NCBI GenBank assembly: GCA_964445095.1
Contig: CAYUJR010000005.1
Span: 1 to 50,422, forward strand
Length of the DNA: 50,422 nucleotides
From: an uncultured Gammaproteobacteria bacterium
Lineage (GTDB): Bacteria > Patescibacteriota > Microgenomatia > Levybacterales > JACOYD01
Reading direction: 5' to 3'
Every line of letters begins with the position of its first letter. The stretch's first letter is position 1. The position numbers and the translations under genes were made by a program. Of the stretch, positions 31,376-41,627 are shown in pieces. The notes below the pieces were generated by a model that worked only from the letters and a program-made list of their open reading frames with translations, had not been told where the DNA came from and did not search any database.

Positions 31376-31483
31376 TTATCTTAATAGAACAAAATATGGC
31401 AGGAATGAAGTGAGAATAAGTGCCAACGCTGCGATAGCAACCACAATTCTCCAGAAGGTTTTGTGTTTACGAAAAATATCCAT
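31376..31483 (-). CDS. Small single-pass membrane protein (35 aa), missed by the ORF track
   Basis: MDIFRKHKTFWRIVVAIAALALILTSFLPYFVLLR*; fills the gap between tyrS and recG. Confidence 0.6.
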   Translation of the reverse strand: MDIFRKHKTFWRIVVAIAALALILTSFLPYFVLLR

Positions 31484-31492
31484 AAGTTTTTT

Positions 31493-31555
31493 TGTCATTC
31501 TGAGGCCGAAGGCCGAAGAATCTCAATAGATTCTTCGCTAATGCTCAAGATGACA
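31493..31555. mobile_element. Gene-less 63-bp palindromic copy of the GIY-YIG element arms (MITE/REPIN-like)
   Basis: TGTCATTCTGAG-GCCGAAGGC-CGAAGAATCT-caat-AGATTCTTCG-ctaatg-CTCAAGATGACA. Confidence 0.75.
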
Positions 31556-32747
31556 TTTTAATTCTAATAAACTTTCTTTTTCCCACTCTTATTATCATTC
31601 CATTCTTAACGTTGATTGTTGATTGTTGATTGTTGATTGTTAGATTATCAATTTCAACTCCTCCTTGCTCAACTAGTCTCTTTGCATAGGAGCGACTAGA
31701 TGCAAGCTTTGTTTGTACTAATAAATCAACAATATCAACTTCTCTAGCGCTAGTATATTGGTATATTGGTATATCTGATGGTAGCTCTTGTTTTTGGACG
31801 GTTTTCTCAAATTCAGATTGTGCTTCTCTTGCTAATTTCTCACTATTTAATTGTTTGACTATCTCAAATGCCAGTCTTTTTTTATGGCTTAGGGGATTTT
31901 CACCTTTGGTTATAGCCTTTTCTATATGTCCAATTTCTTCGTTGGGAATGTCGGTTAGATATTCAAAACCTTTGACTACAATATCGTCTGGCAGTGCCAT
32001 TATTTTTCCGTAGAGAGATGTCGGTTTATCTGTTAATGCGATAACGTTTCCTTCGGTTTTTCCAATTTTAATTCCTCTTGAATCTGTAAGAAGAGGCGTA
32101 GTCATTACGAACTTTTCTCTATCTTGCATTGCGCGAACAAGATGCCTTCCAGCAAGCATATTAAAAGTTTGGTCTGTTCCGCCAAGTTCTAAATCAACCT
32201 TCATTACAACAGAATCATACGCCTGGAGTAAAGGATATAAAAATTCTCTGAAGTTTATGCTCTGACCTTGCTTTTTACGTTCTTCAAATAATTCTCGTTC
32301 TTCAAGTTGCTGCAAGGAAAAGTACCCTGCAATATTAAGAACATCAGTCAAAGTTAATTTATTTAGCCAATCTCCGTTATAGAGAATTTCCACAGCATTT
32401 TTGCCTTCAAATCTTACTATTTTTCCTGTCTGCATAATATAATCTTTAGCGTTTCTCCGTAATTCATCGCGCGTTAAGAATTTTTCTCGAGTTCTTGTTT
32501 TTCCAGATGGATCACCAGCCTGTCCTGTACCGTCCCCAATTAAAAATATTACTTGATGCCCTACGTCTTGCCACTGCCGGAGTTTACGAAGTCCGACCAT
32601 GTGGCCTATGTGAAGCTGTATCCCACTAGGGTCAAACCCCTGATAAAGTTTTAACTTTTTTCCGCTTCTCAAAACTTTTTCAAGCTCTCCTTTTGAGGGG
32701 TAAATCTTATCAACTCCCCTAGTTAATAATTCTTCAATCTGGTCCAT
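31545..32747 (-). CDS. tyrS: Tyrosine--tRNA ligase
   Basis: Motifs GFDPS, HIGH, GGTDQ and KIGKT, plus an S4 domain. ATG 32747 lies 6 nt after TGaTATACT. Confidence 0.96.
   Translation of the reverse strand: MDQIEELLTRGVDKIYPSKGELEKVLRSGKKLKLYQGFDPSGIQLHIGHMVGLRKLRQWQDVGHQVIFLIGDGTGQAGDPSGKTRTREKFLTRDELRRNAKDYIMQTGKIVRFEGKNAVEILYNGDWLNKLTLTDVLNIAGYFSLQQLEERELFEERKKQGQSINFREFLYPLLQAYDSVVMKVDLELGGTDQTFNMLAGRHLVRAMQDREKFVMTTPLLTDSRGIKIGKTEGNVIALTDKPTSLYGKIMALPDDIVVKGFEYLTDIPNEEIGHIEKAITKGENPLSHKKRLAFEIVKQLNSEKLAREAQSEFEKTVQKQELPSDIPIYQYTSAREVDIVDLLVQTKLASSRSYAKRLVEQGGVEIDNLTINNQQSTINVKNGMIIRVGKRKFIRIKMSS
31611..31641. repeat. Heptamer array (GTTGATT) x4 in tyrS
   Basis: Encodes TINNQQSTIN. Confidence 0.85.
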
Positions 32748-32801
32748 AGCCACAGTATATCATATTTCCAATATGATGATATATTTGGTATACTTTTAGT
32801 T

Positions 32802-35135
32802 GTGAGATTTACCAGACACGTGCGATCACGATCTCGGATTTTTCTACTTAGTAAATTTTCAACTCTTGTTTTCTTTAGCATCGTTGGTATAGTTTTATTA
32901 ACCATTATTCTTTTTTTCTGGTACGGTCGTGATTTACCAAAACCCGGTAAGTTAAGTTCGAGTAATCTGACGCAATCAACCCGAATTTTTGACAGAAATC
33001 AAATCCTACTCTACAGCGTCTATAGCTCGGAAAACAGAATTTATGTTAATCTGTCCGATATTCCAAAGTCTCTTCAAGAGGCTACAATTGCCATCGAAGA
33101 TAAAAATTTCTATAAAAATGAAGGTTATTCATTGTCCGGTTATCTGCGGGCTATTCGCGACATGATTTTATTTAGAAAAATAACCGGCGGTTCAACTATT
33201 ACCCAACAGCTTATTAAAAATACCCTACTGACATCCGAGCGAACAATTCCTCGAAAAATTAAAGAATTTATCTTGGCTGTTCAAGTAGACAGAAAATATA
33301 ATAAAGACGAAATCCTCGAGCTTTATCTTAATGCCGTCTCTTATGGAGGAACAGCGGTGGGAGTTGAAGCGGCTGCCCAGACTTATTTTGGGAAGTCGGT
33401 TAAGGAACTTAGCTTAACAGAATCGATTATTTTGGCCGGTTTTCCCCAGCGTCCTTCTTATTATTCTCCTTATGGGCCGGATCCGCAAGCTTATATTGAG
33501 CGTTCTAAACAAGTTTTACGAAGAATCAGAGAAGACGGCTACATCACCAAAAAGCAAGAAGAAGAAGTCGCGCGTGAACTTCCTAATATTAAATTTTTAG
33601 CTCCCACCCAAGGAATAAAGGCACCCCACTTTTCCTTTTATGTTAAGGACTTACTTGTCAAGCGGTTCGGAGAGGAAATAGTAGAACAGGGGGGACTTCA
33701 GGTTGTTACCACCCTTGACTATAAATTACAACAGGAAGCAGAAAAAATTGTTAAAGAAGAGGTAGATAGAGCTCGAGGCCTAAAAGTGGGTAATGGTGCC
33801 AGCGTGGTGTTAAATCCGAAAAATGGAGAAATTTTGTCAATGGCGGGAAGTAAAGACTTCTTCGCGACAGAATCAGCCCAAAACCAAATATTTGAAGGTC
33901 AATTTAATGTAGTAGCGCAAGGACTGCGTCAGCCGGGTTCGGCCATTAAGCCTATTACTTATGCCACGGCCTTAGAAAAAGGTTATACTGCTTCAACGCT
34001 TCTAATGGATACCAAAACAGTTTTTCCCAATCAAGGAGAAGAAGATTATATTCCGGTAAACTATGACGGAAAATATCATGGTCCCGTTCAAATGCGATTT
34101 GCCTTAGGCAGTTCGATTAATATTCCAGCGGTCAAGATGCTAGCCTTAGTCGGGATAAAAGATATGTTAACGACTGCTTCTAATCTAGGTCTCACCACAC
34201 TTACTCCTACTAATGAGAATATTCGGCGTTTTGGTTTATCAATTACTTTAGGCGGTGGAGAAATAAAACTGATAGATTTAGCTGCCGCCTACTCGGCTTT
34301 TGCTAATGCCGGATTAAGGGTGGAACCAGTGGCGATTTTGAAGGTGAGCGATAACAAAGGTAAGATATTATTTGAGTATAAAGAAGCTGAAAGTAAAAAA
34401 CGGGTGTTATCAAAAGAGGTTGCTTTTATGATTTCCCATATTCTGCTTGATAATAATGCTCGGCTGATCACTTTTGGAGAGAATAGTTTTTTAAACGTCA
34501 GAGGGCACACTATTGCCGTTAAGACTGGTACCACTGATGATAAGCGAGATAACTGGACTATCGGTTGGACACCCAATGTGTTAGTAGCTGCTTGGGTAGG
34601 GAATAATGATAATAGTCCAATGGGTAATGTGGCCTCCGGGGTAACAGGAGCAGCTCCCATCTGGCGGCGAATAATTCTGGAAGCCCTCAAGGGAAAACCA
34701 GACGAACAATTTGAAAAACCAGATAACGTGATTGCCATGACAATTGACGGTTTAGGGGGAGGCAGTCCGGTTGATGGACAGTCAACACGAACTGAATATT
34801 TTATTAAAGGCACCGAACCTAAAATTGCGGCCTCAATTTATAAAGAAATTAAAGTTTCCAAAGCCGATACCAATAAAATAGCCAGCCAGTCGGAATTGGA
34901 AAAAGGAGAATATGAGGTGCGTAAGTTTATTGTTTTTAGCGAAAAAGATCCGGTATCCGCTGATTCTAAAAACCGCTGGCAAGAAGGGATTAACGAATGG
35001 CTGACGGAAGCTCACAAAGACGACCCGTTATATCATCCGCCCACCGAAACATCAACCAGGATAATTACTCCAACTCCTACTATTACTCCATCTCCCTCGC
35101 CCACCCCGAACCTGACTCCGACAGTTATTCCTTAA
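32802..35135 (+). CDS. Class A penicillin-binding protein (transglycosylase + transpeptidase)
   Basis: Motifs EDKNFY, GGSTITQQL, SAIK, SIN and KTGT; Pro/Thr-rich tail. Confidence 0.93.
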   Translation: MRFTRHVRSRSRIFLLSKFSTLVFFSIVGIVLLTIILFFWYGRDLPKPGKLSSSNLTQSTRIFDRNQILLYSVYSSENRIYVNLSDIPKSLQEATIAIEDKNFYKNEGYSLSGYLRAIRDMILFRKITGGSTITQQLIKNTLLTSERTIPRKIKEFILAVQVDRKYNKDEILELYLNAVSYGGTAVGVEAAAQTYFGKSVKELSLTESIILAGFPQRPSYYSPYGPDPQAYIERSKQVLRRIREDGYITKKQEEEVARELPNIKFLAPTQGIKAPHFSFYVKDLLVKRFGEEIVEQGGLQVVTTLDYKLQQEAEKIVKEEVDRARGLKVGNGASVVLNPKNGEILSMAGSKDFFATESAQNQIFEGQFNVVAQGLRQPGSAIKPITYATALEKGYTASTLLMDTKTVFPNQGEEDYIPVNYDGKYHGPVQMRFALGSSINIPAVKMLALVGIKDMLTTASNLGLTTLTPTNENIRRFGLSITLGGGEIKLIDLAAAYSAFANAGLRVEPVAILKVSDNKGKILFEYKEAESKKRVLSKEVAFMISHILLDNNARLITFGENSFLNVRGHTIAVKTGTTDDKRDNWTIGWTPNVLVAAWVGNNDNSPMGNVASGVTGAAPIWRRIILEALKGKPDEQFEKPDNVIAMTIDGLGGGSPVDGQSTRTEYFIKGTEPKIAASIYKEIKVSKADTNKIASQSELEKGEYEVRKFIVFSEKDPVSADSKNRWQEGINEWLTEAHKDDPLYHPPTETSTRIITPTPTITPSPSPTPNLTPTVIP

Positions 35136-37011
35136 GCCTAGCCTTAAACCTTCGCTCGAGATTTACTAGCATTTTCTGGCGAATTTGTGAAACTTCAACT
35201 GTTGTTAAATTTCTCGACGGATGTTGGTAGATAATGTGGAAAGTTTTGGTATTCTCGTAAATATCTAAAAGAGAAACACCGGTAATCAATGGACTTTGTC
35301 TTTTTATTTCATTTATTAAGTCTGCGATTTTTACACTCCGATCGGTAACCAGTGCTAAATCTTCAATAACTGGCGGATATTTGGGGATAGATTTATAGAT
35401 TTTTATTAATAGATTTTCCTTAACTGCTTGAGAAAAATTTAGTTCGAATAAAATATAATCCTCGGCAGACACTATAAATTTAGTGGGATCTTTTTTTATT
35501 CCCAATTCCCAAAAAAGTCGCTCAACTATTCCTTTTACCTCAAGAAAGGTTTTTGTATTTGAAATGCCAGATAAATAATATGGTTCTTCTGTTTTGTCCA
35601 GAGTCTTCCCAAGATAAACCTTGCCTAGTTCAAAAAGATTAATTTCTTCTGCGTTTGGTTTATTTTGTTCAAGCGCTTTCTTTAGATTAATAGTCAAGGA
35701 AGGCCGGAGGTACTCAAATTCTCGACTGACCGGATTGTCAACCCGCAGACATTTGTCAGGATTAAAATTTGATTGTCTTAGATCCTCTTCGCTAATTAAG
35801 CTATATGTATAAATTTCGGAAAAACCGGCCGCCGCCAGAATTTGTTTAGTTTTTTGTTCAATTTTGTAGTCCTTAAAATAAGGGATTTGTTTTACAGGTA
35901 TTGCTCCTGTTGGCAGAGTTTTAGAGAAATTATTATAACCATAAAGTCTGGCCACTTCTTCTATGAGATCTTCTTCAATTTGCAGATCATTTCGATAGGT
36001 CGGGATAGTACATTCGATAAGACCCGGTTTCGTTATTCTTGGAGACAAATGCAGTCTTGATAGAAGAGCTAATACTTCTTTCTCGGGGATGATAATTCCT
36101 AAAATAAATGCTAACCGATCAAGCCGAAGTGTTACTTTCCACGGATTAAATACCTTTCTGCGTACATCATACAAAGTACTTACAACTTCCCCGCCCGCAT
36201 ATTCCAGAATTAAGTCAGTAGCACGTCTTATAGCGTCAATAGTTCCTCCGGCGTTCACTCCTCGCTCAAAAATGCTGCTGGCTTCAGAACGAAGTCCTAG
36301 AGCCTGTGATGTTTTGCGAATTAGGACCGGAATTTCAACAGGCGCCCAGATAAAAATTGTTTTCGTATCGTTGTAGGTAGCGCTGTTGTATCCACCTTTA
36401 ATTCCGCAGAGATCGATAGTATCTTTATCATCCCTTACAATAACCGCGTTTTTAGGCAGGTGATAAGAAATGCCGTCAACGCTTTTAAACGGTTCTCCGC
36501 CACTAGCTTGTGTTATAGTCATGCGATGCCCGTTAATGCGGTCGTAATTAAAGGCATGCAGCGGATTACCCAATTCAAACATCACGAAATTTGTAATATC
36601 CACAATGTTATTAATAGGCCGCTGTTCAATTTTGAGAAGCTTATCTTTGAGCCATGGCGGCGATTCTTTGACCGTTACCCCTTTAATAATAAGGCCCGTG
36701 TGTCTGGGGCTTATGGTCAGGTCGACACTAATATCCAATGGGAGAATATTTACCGGTTTTTTCGTAATATCTATGTGAAGCTTAGGATATTTAATTAGCT
36801 TATCTGTAATAGCGGCAATTTCACGAGCAATACCGATAATTGATAGCCAGTCGGGACGATTGGGGGTAATTTCCAGCTCAAAGATGACGTCGTTATTTAT
36901 TTTAGTAATCTTTTCACATCCCAAACCCACCTCGGTCAGGCGTTTAGCCAATTGTTCGGGCGTAAGCTTTATATCAACGTAATCTTTTAACCAAGAAAGC
37001 GGCGCTAACAT
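35125..37011 (-). CDS. pheT: Phenylalanine--tRNA ligase beta subunit (short form without the B2 OB domain)
   Basis: Motifs ITPNRPD, PINNIVDITN and DLIEEVAR, plus a C-terminal anticodon-binding domain. Confidence 0.94.
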   Translation of the reverse strand: MLAPLSWLKDYVDIKLTPEQLAKRLTEVGLGCEKITKINNDVIFELEITPNRPDWLSIIGIAREIAAITDKLIKYPKLHIDITKKPVNILPLDISVDLTISPRHTGLIIKGVTVKESPPWLKDKLLKIEQRPINNIVDITNFVMFELGNPLHAFNYDRINGHRMTITQASGGEPFKSVDGISYHLPKNAVIVRDDKDTIDLCGIKGGYNSATYNDTKTIFIWAPVEIPVLIRKTSQALGLRSEASSIFERGVNAGGTIDAIRRATDLILEYAGGEVVSTLYDVRRKVFNPWKVTLRLDRLAFILGIIIPEKEVLALLSRLHLSPRITKPGLIECTIPTYRNDLQIEEDLIEEVARLYGYNNFSKTLPTGAIPVKQIPYFKDYKIEQKTKQILAAAGFSEIYTYSLISEEDLRQSNFNPDKCLRVDNPVSREFEYLRPSLTINLKKALEQNKPNAEEINLFELGKVYLGKTLDKTEEPYYLSGISNTKTFLEVKGIVERLFWELGIKKDPTKFIVSAEDYILFELNFSQAVKENLLIKIYKSIPKYPPVIEDLALVTDRSVKIADLINEIKRQSPLITGVSLLDIYENTKTFHIIYQHPSRNLTTVEVSQIRQKMLVNLERRFKARLKE

Positions 37012-37012
37012 A

Positions 37013-38050
37013 TTAAAATTGCTCCAATATTCTTAAATCCGGATTGGTCAAAAGTCGCAGGTCATCCATTTGATAACGTAGGGTTACTAATCGGGAAAGA
37101 CCGATGGCAAAGGCGAATCCGTTGAATTCCTTTGGATTATAACCAACAGCTCGCAAGACATTAGGGTGAATCATGCCGGCCGGCATAATTTCACTCCAGC
37201 CGCTTTTTTTACAAAACGAACATCCCTTTCCATGACAAACAGTGCATTCTATATATGTATCAACACCTGGTTCAACAAATGGAAAATTGGTGGTGGCGAA
37301 CTTAATTTTAATTTTTTCCCCCATTAATTTTTTTAGTACATAGGTAATAGTACCAAAAAGATCTGTTAATCGAACATTCTTGTCAACTAAAAATCCCTCC
37401 ACTTGCCAAAATTCAAAACCATGCGAAGCATCTACCTGTTCATAGCGAAAATTTTTCCCCGGTGCAATCACTCTAACCGGAGGTTTGGTTTTTTCCATCA
37501 CTCTACCTTGCATAGCCGATGTTTGGGTTCGCAAAACAATCTCTCCCGGAGTTACTTTTGTTCCGTGAGTATCTAAATACAGCGTCATTTGTGTATCACG
37601 CGAGGGATGATTCTTTAACATATTTAATACCTCAAAATTGTAGTGGTCAGTTTCAATCTCCGGACCATCGGCAGCTTGATATCCGAGTTGTCTAAACACA
37701 TCTACAACTTCATAAAGAACTTGGGTCATGGGGTGGAGGTGGCCGATTTTGGGCGGGATACCCGGAGCGGTAGTATCAATCTGTTGTTTGCGCGTTTTTG
37801 AGAATTGAGAGTTGAGAATTGAGAGTTGAGAATTGAGAGTTTCTTCGATGGTGTTTTTGATCTCATTTGCCAATCTGCCTATTTCCGGACGTTTTTCCTG
37901 AGGAAGCTTAGTAATCTCCTTTAGGGCTTTGGTCAATTTGCCGCTTTTTCCCAAAAATGACAGTTTTAAATATTCCAGCTCTTTCGCGTCTTTAGCATCA
38001 AGAATTAACGGGATAACTTCATTTTTAATTGATATTAATGTTTCTTCCAT
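37013..38050 (-). CDS. pheS: Phenylalanine--tRNA ligase alpha subunit
   Basis: Motifs GHLHP, LRTQTS, FPFVEPG and GFAFAIG. Confidence 0.95.
   Translation of the reverse strand: MEETLISIKNEVIPLILDAKDAKELEYLKLSFLGKSGKLTKALKEITKLPQEKRPEIGRLANEIKNTIEETLNSQLSILNSQFSKTRKQQIDTTAPGIPPKIGHLHPMTQVLYEVVDVFRQLGYQAADGPEIETDHYNFEVLNMLKNHPSRDTQMTLYLDTHGTKVTPGEIVLRTQTSAMQGRVMEKTKPPVRVIAPGKNFRYEQVDASHGFEFWQVEGFLVDKNVRLTDLFGTITYVLKKLMGEKIKIKFATTNFPFVEPGVDTYIECTVCHGKGCSFCKKSGWSEIMPAGMIHPNVLRAVGYNPKEFNGFAFAIGLSRLVTLRYQMDDLRLLTNPDLRILEQF
37798..37841. repeat. Heptamer array (TTGAGAR) x6 in pheS
   Basis: Alternating ttgagaa/ttgagag, encoding TLNSQLSILNSQFS. Confidence 0.9.
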
Positions 38051-38052
38051 AG

Positions 38053-38313
38053 TTACTTTTGTAATTTACGGGCATACTTAAAAATAGCCACCCATAAAGA
38101 TTTAACAAAATTTTGCTCAAGATGGTATTTGCGTGATAGCGTTTGAAGGACTGCTATTTTTTTTTGTTCTCTACCCGAATCTATTATTTTTAGCCCGTGT
38201 TCTTTTTTAAAATTACCGATTTCCGTTACTATAATTTGGCGCTGGGCAAGTAATTCCAATAACTTTTTATCAATATCGTCTACTTGCTGTCTAAGTTTTT
38301 CCAGGAATTCCAT
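38053..38313 (-). CDS. Chorismate mutase (AroQ-class, monofunctional)
   Basis: LRQQVDDID...LAQR...IGNFK...RE pattern. Confidence 0.88.
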   Translation of the reverse strand: MEFLEKLRQQVDDIDKKLLELLAQRQIIVTEIGNFKKEHGLKIIDSGREQKKIAVLQTLSRKYHLEQNFVKSLWVAIFKYARKLQK

Positions 38314-38327
38314 ATTTTAAAATTGTA

Positions 38328-39962
38328 TCATGTTTTTCCCAAAACTCGAATTATTGGACAATAAACTTTTAGTTCTCCCAAGACTTTAATAAGAGCATTG
38401 TCTTTAAAAACTTTTTCTACTTCTACAAAAAAATGATAATCCCACGGTTTGACTCGGCTGGGGCGTGATTCCAGTTTGCTAAGATTAATGTTATAACTCG
38501 CAAAGACATTGAGGATATCTCTTAAAATTCCCACCCGATCGGGAACTGTCAGGAAAAGCAGTGTCTTATTATTATTTAGCCCTTTAATATTAAAAGGCTC
38601 TTTACTAATAACATAAAATTTGGTTTTATTTGCCGGAAAATCTTCAATATTCTTGGCTAAGACATTGAGACGATATTTTTGGGCAGCCAACAAAGAAGCA
38701 ATATATCCACAACCTTTTTTGTCCAGTTTTATTTCTGAAGTTGTACTTTGAGTAGATATAACGGCGGATTTTGGTAAATTTGTTTTTAGCCACTGCCGAC
38801 ATTGAGCAATTGCCTGTGGATGCGATTTAACGATCTGAATATCTTTTAAACTTTTTTCTTTGGAGACTAGATAGTGATGCACAGATAACTGACATGAACC
38901 AACTACATAAAGATTAAATTGGGCAAGATAATCTAATGTTTCAGCAACTGTACCGCCGATCGAATTTTCCGCTGGCACTACTGCCAGTTCTGCGTTGGCG
39001 GTCGCGACGCTATTAAACGCATCATAAACTGTGGGATAGGCAATGAGGCGGTTTTTGGGAAAAATATTTAAGGCCGTTTCATGAGAATAAGTCCCTTCCG
39101 GTCCCAGATAAGCAATTTTTACCTTTGGAGAAATTCCCTTGACGGACATTTTAACTAAAAAGTTTATTGGTAGTTCTTTTTTGGCAAAGTTAGAAAATTT
39201 TGGGAAAGTTTCTTGTTCGTTAACAAACATCTTGATAAAAGAATTCTTATCTTTTCCGGCAACTGTTTGGAGAAGCTCTTGGGCATTGTTTGCAAAGTTT
39301 TTTAGAACCGGTAGGTAGAATGAATTGTACAGTTGAATATCCGCTAAAAGCGAAAGGTCCTGCTCAAGTACTCTGCTCATCGCTAGCGATTGAAGAGAAA
39401 AAATGGGAGTACGGATTTTGGTCGGCAATTTACGATTAGCAATTAAACTTTTTGAAAGTAGTAGATTGATGGCATGAGTTAATGCTTGAATATAGGCGAC
39501 TGTTTTGTCATGCGTTTTGGGATCTGTTTCGACTACCTCAATTCCCGATTTTTGAAAAAGTTTTTTTAAGAAGTCAACATAGCGATTATCCTTTTGACGG
39601 CAAAAAACAATAGTTTGTCCGGCTAGCTCTCCCGGTGTCGGTCCAAAAAGCGGATGCATGCCCAGCGTCCCGCTTTTAGCTGCTTCCATTGCCCGTAACG
39701 GCTTGACTTTAAGCGATGTGATGTCAGTTAATAAAGAGTCGCGTTTAACCAAGGGGGCGATTTGACTAATAACTTGACTTGCCACTGCAATAGGTACACA
39801 GACAATCACGATGTCGGCCCGTTTGGCACAATTTCCTATTGATAGCCGAGTTTTTCTACCGGCAACAAGAACTATTAATCCTTGGTTTTTAAAAAAATTG
39901 GCGAGCCACTGCCCCATTTTGCCAGTTCCGCCGATAAGACCAATGATAGGCTTCTTTTTCAT
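38328..39962 (-). CDS. Fused prephenate dehydrogenase / prephenate dehydratase-ACT
   Basis: N-terminal TyrA motifs GGTGKMG, DITSLK, HPLFGP and HD. C-terminal PheA motifs AYLGPEGTYS, ENS, SHPQA, TKF and LESRP. Confidence 0.9.
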   Translation of the reverse strand: MKKKPIIGLIGGTGKMGQWLANFFKNQGLIVLVAGRKTRLSIGNCAKRADIVIVCVPIAVASQVISQIAPLVKRDSLLTDITSLKVKPLRAMEAAKSGTLGMHPLFGPTPGELAGQTIVFCRQKDNRYVDFLKKLFQKSGIEVVETDPKTHDKTVAYIQALTHAINLLLSKSLIANRKLPTKIRTPIFSLQSLAMSRVLEQDLSLLADIQLYNSFYLPVLKNFANNAQELLQTVAGKDKNSFIKMFVNEQETFPKFSNFAKKELPINFLVKMSVKGISPKVKIAYLGPEGTYSHETALNIFPKNRLIAYPTVYDAFNSVATANAELAVVPAENSIGGTVAETLDYLAQFNLYVVGSCQLSVHHYLVSKEKSLKDIQIVKSHPQAIAQCRQWLKTNLPKSAVISTQSTTSEIKLDKKGCGYIASLLAAQKYRLNVLAKNIEDFPANKTKFYVISKEPFNIKGLNNNKTLLFLTVPDRVGILRDILNVFASYNINLSKLESRPSRVKPWDYHFFVEVEKVFKDNALIKVLGELKVYCPIIRVLGKT

Positions 39963-39978
39963 AGGTGAATTAGGTTAC

Positions 39979-41103
39979 TTAGACTGTAAAAGGTAGAGAT
40001 TTTTGATAACTGTCAAAATTTCGTTTGGTTTCTCTAATATTATCGCCGCCAAACTTTTCCAAGATGGCGCGAGCTAACACGAAAGCCAGCATGGCTTCCG
40101 ATATTACTCCGGCACGGGCCACCACGCACACATCAGAACGCTGTACAGTAGCTTTTGTTTGTTGGCCGCTTGTAATATCAATTGTTGGCAAGGGTTCGTA
40201 TAACGTTGATAGCGGTTTATGAAAAACTCGCGTAATCACATCTTCTCCATTGGTCATCCCGCCCTCAATACCACCCATATTATTTGTTTCACGCTTAATT
40301 TTCTTCATTTTTACAAAAATAGCATCTTGAGACTCTTGTCCGGTCTTACCGGCAATTTCAATCCCATTTCCTATCTCTACCGCTTTAACCGAAGGAATAC
40401 TCATCAAGGCTTGAGCAATCTGGCCGTCTAGCCGCCTGTCGTAGTGAACATAACTGCCAAGGCCAATAGGAATATGATGGGCGATTACCTCAACTACTCC
40501 GCCAAGAGTATTTTTATTTAATCTGGCTTTAGTGATCTCTTGTTTCATCTGTTCTCGGGCTGTTTTATCTAAGCAATGCACGTCAGGATCAGTAGTGTGG
40601 ATATTTTTTACATCCGCAAAAGAATATTTTACCGGTTGGGTTTTTACTTTACCAATTTGGATAGTATGACTGGCGATTTCTATGTCAAAGATCTCTAGCA
40701 GTTTTTTACAAATCGTTCCCACTGCCACTCGCATGACTGTTTCTCGAGCCGAGGCTCTTTCTAAAACATTACGGACATCACTAAAACCATATTTTAGCAC
40801 GCCGGCTAAATCAGCGTGTCCGGGACGAGGTTTGGTAATCCGCTCTTCCCATTTGGCGCTGTCTTCGTTTTTAACTAATAAGGTAATGGGACTGCCAATG
40901 GTTTTGTTAAAACGCAGGCCAGACAAAATCTCTACCTGGTCGGTTTCAATTTTACCTCGCCCTCCCCTGCCAAAATCAAAGGCTCTTTTTTGCAGTTCCT
41001 GATTAATTTCTGCCGCCGAAATTTTAAGATCCGCGGGCATTCCCTCTAGAATTACCACCTCGGCCGGTCCATGAGATTCGCCGGCTGTTAAAAAACGTAA
41101 CAT
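39979..41103 (-). CDS. aroC: Chorismate synthase
   Basis: Motifs TAGESHG, PRPGHAD, RASARET and GGIEGG. Confidence 0.95.
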   Translation of the reverse strand: MLRFLTAGESHGPAEVVILEGMPADLKISAAEINQELQKRAFDFGRGGRGKIETDQVEILSGLRFNKTIGSPITLLVKNEDSAKWEERITKPRPGHADLAGVLKYGFSDVRNVLERASARETVMRVAVGTICKKLLEIFDIEIASHTIQIGKVKTQPVKYSFADVKNIHTTDPDVHCLDKTAREQMKQEITKARLNKNTLGGVVEVIAHHIPIGLGSYVHYDRRLDGQIAQALMSIPSVKAVEIGNGIEIAGKTGQESQDAIFVKMKKIKRETNNMGGIEGGMTNGEDVITRVFHKPLSTLYEPLPTIDITSGQQTKATVQRSDVCVVARAGVISEAMLAFVLARAILEKFGGDNIRETKRNFDSYQKSLPFTV

Positions 41104-41105
41104 TT

Positions 41106-41627
41106 TTATCTCTCCTTCCTAGGTTGCTTTAAGACTAGGTCTATTACTTCAGCCACCTCTTTGGTAGTTAATTTATTAGTGTCTATAACCTCATCTGCCG
41201 CCTCAATATAAAGTTTACGGCGCTGGGCTAAAACTCTTCTCATATCTTCTCTTCTTGAATTGGTGCCGGTCAAAGAAGGTCTGTTTTCGTCCTCACCGAT
41301 TCTTTTGAGCAGTCTGTCCAGGCTGGCTACCAGTAAAAAAATCAGCCCGTTTTTTTTAAGCATCTTTACATTCTCTTGTCGGATAACAACTCCTCCACCG
41401 GTTGAGACAACTCGATTGTCAAGCTTAGCTACCTTTTTACAAACTCCGGATTCTAGATCGCGGAAATACTCCCAGCCATATTTTTGTACCATCCGCGGTA
41501 CAGTCATTCCAGCTTTTTTGATAATCAAATTATCCATTTCCAGAAACTTTTTTTTAAGGCGGCGCGCTAAAATTCTTCCCACAGTTGATTTACCGGCTCC
41601 GCGCATACCAATAAGTACTATGTTCAT
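41106..41627 (-). CDS. aroK: Shikimate kinase
   Basis: Motifs GMRGAGKST, FRDLE, STGGG and RPSL. Start ATG 41627 overlaps the aroA stop. Confidence 0.93.
   Translation of the reverse strand: MNIVLIGMRGAGKSTVGRILARRLKKKFLEMDNLIIKKAGMTVPRMVQKYGWEYFRDLESGVCKKVAKLDNRVVSTGGGVVIRQENVKMLKKNGLIFLLVASLDRLLKRIGEDENRPSLTGTNSRREDMRRVLAQRRKLYIEAADEVIDTNKLTTKEVAEVIDLVLKQPRKER

Noticed and set aside
35064-35132. Pro/Thr-rich repetitive tail of the PBP
   Set aside because: Codon-level low-complexity linker common in surface proteins; it is not part of the 7-nt repeat class.
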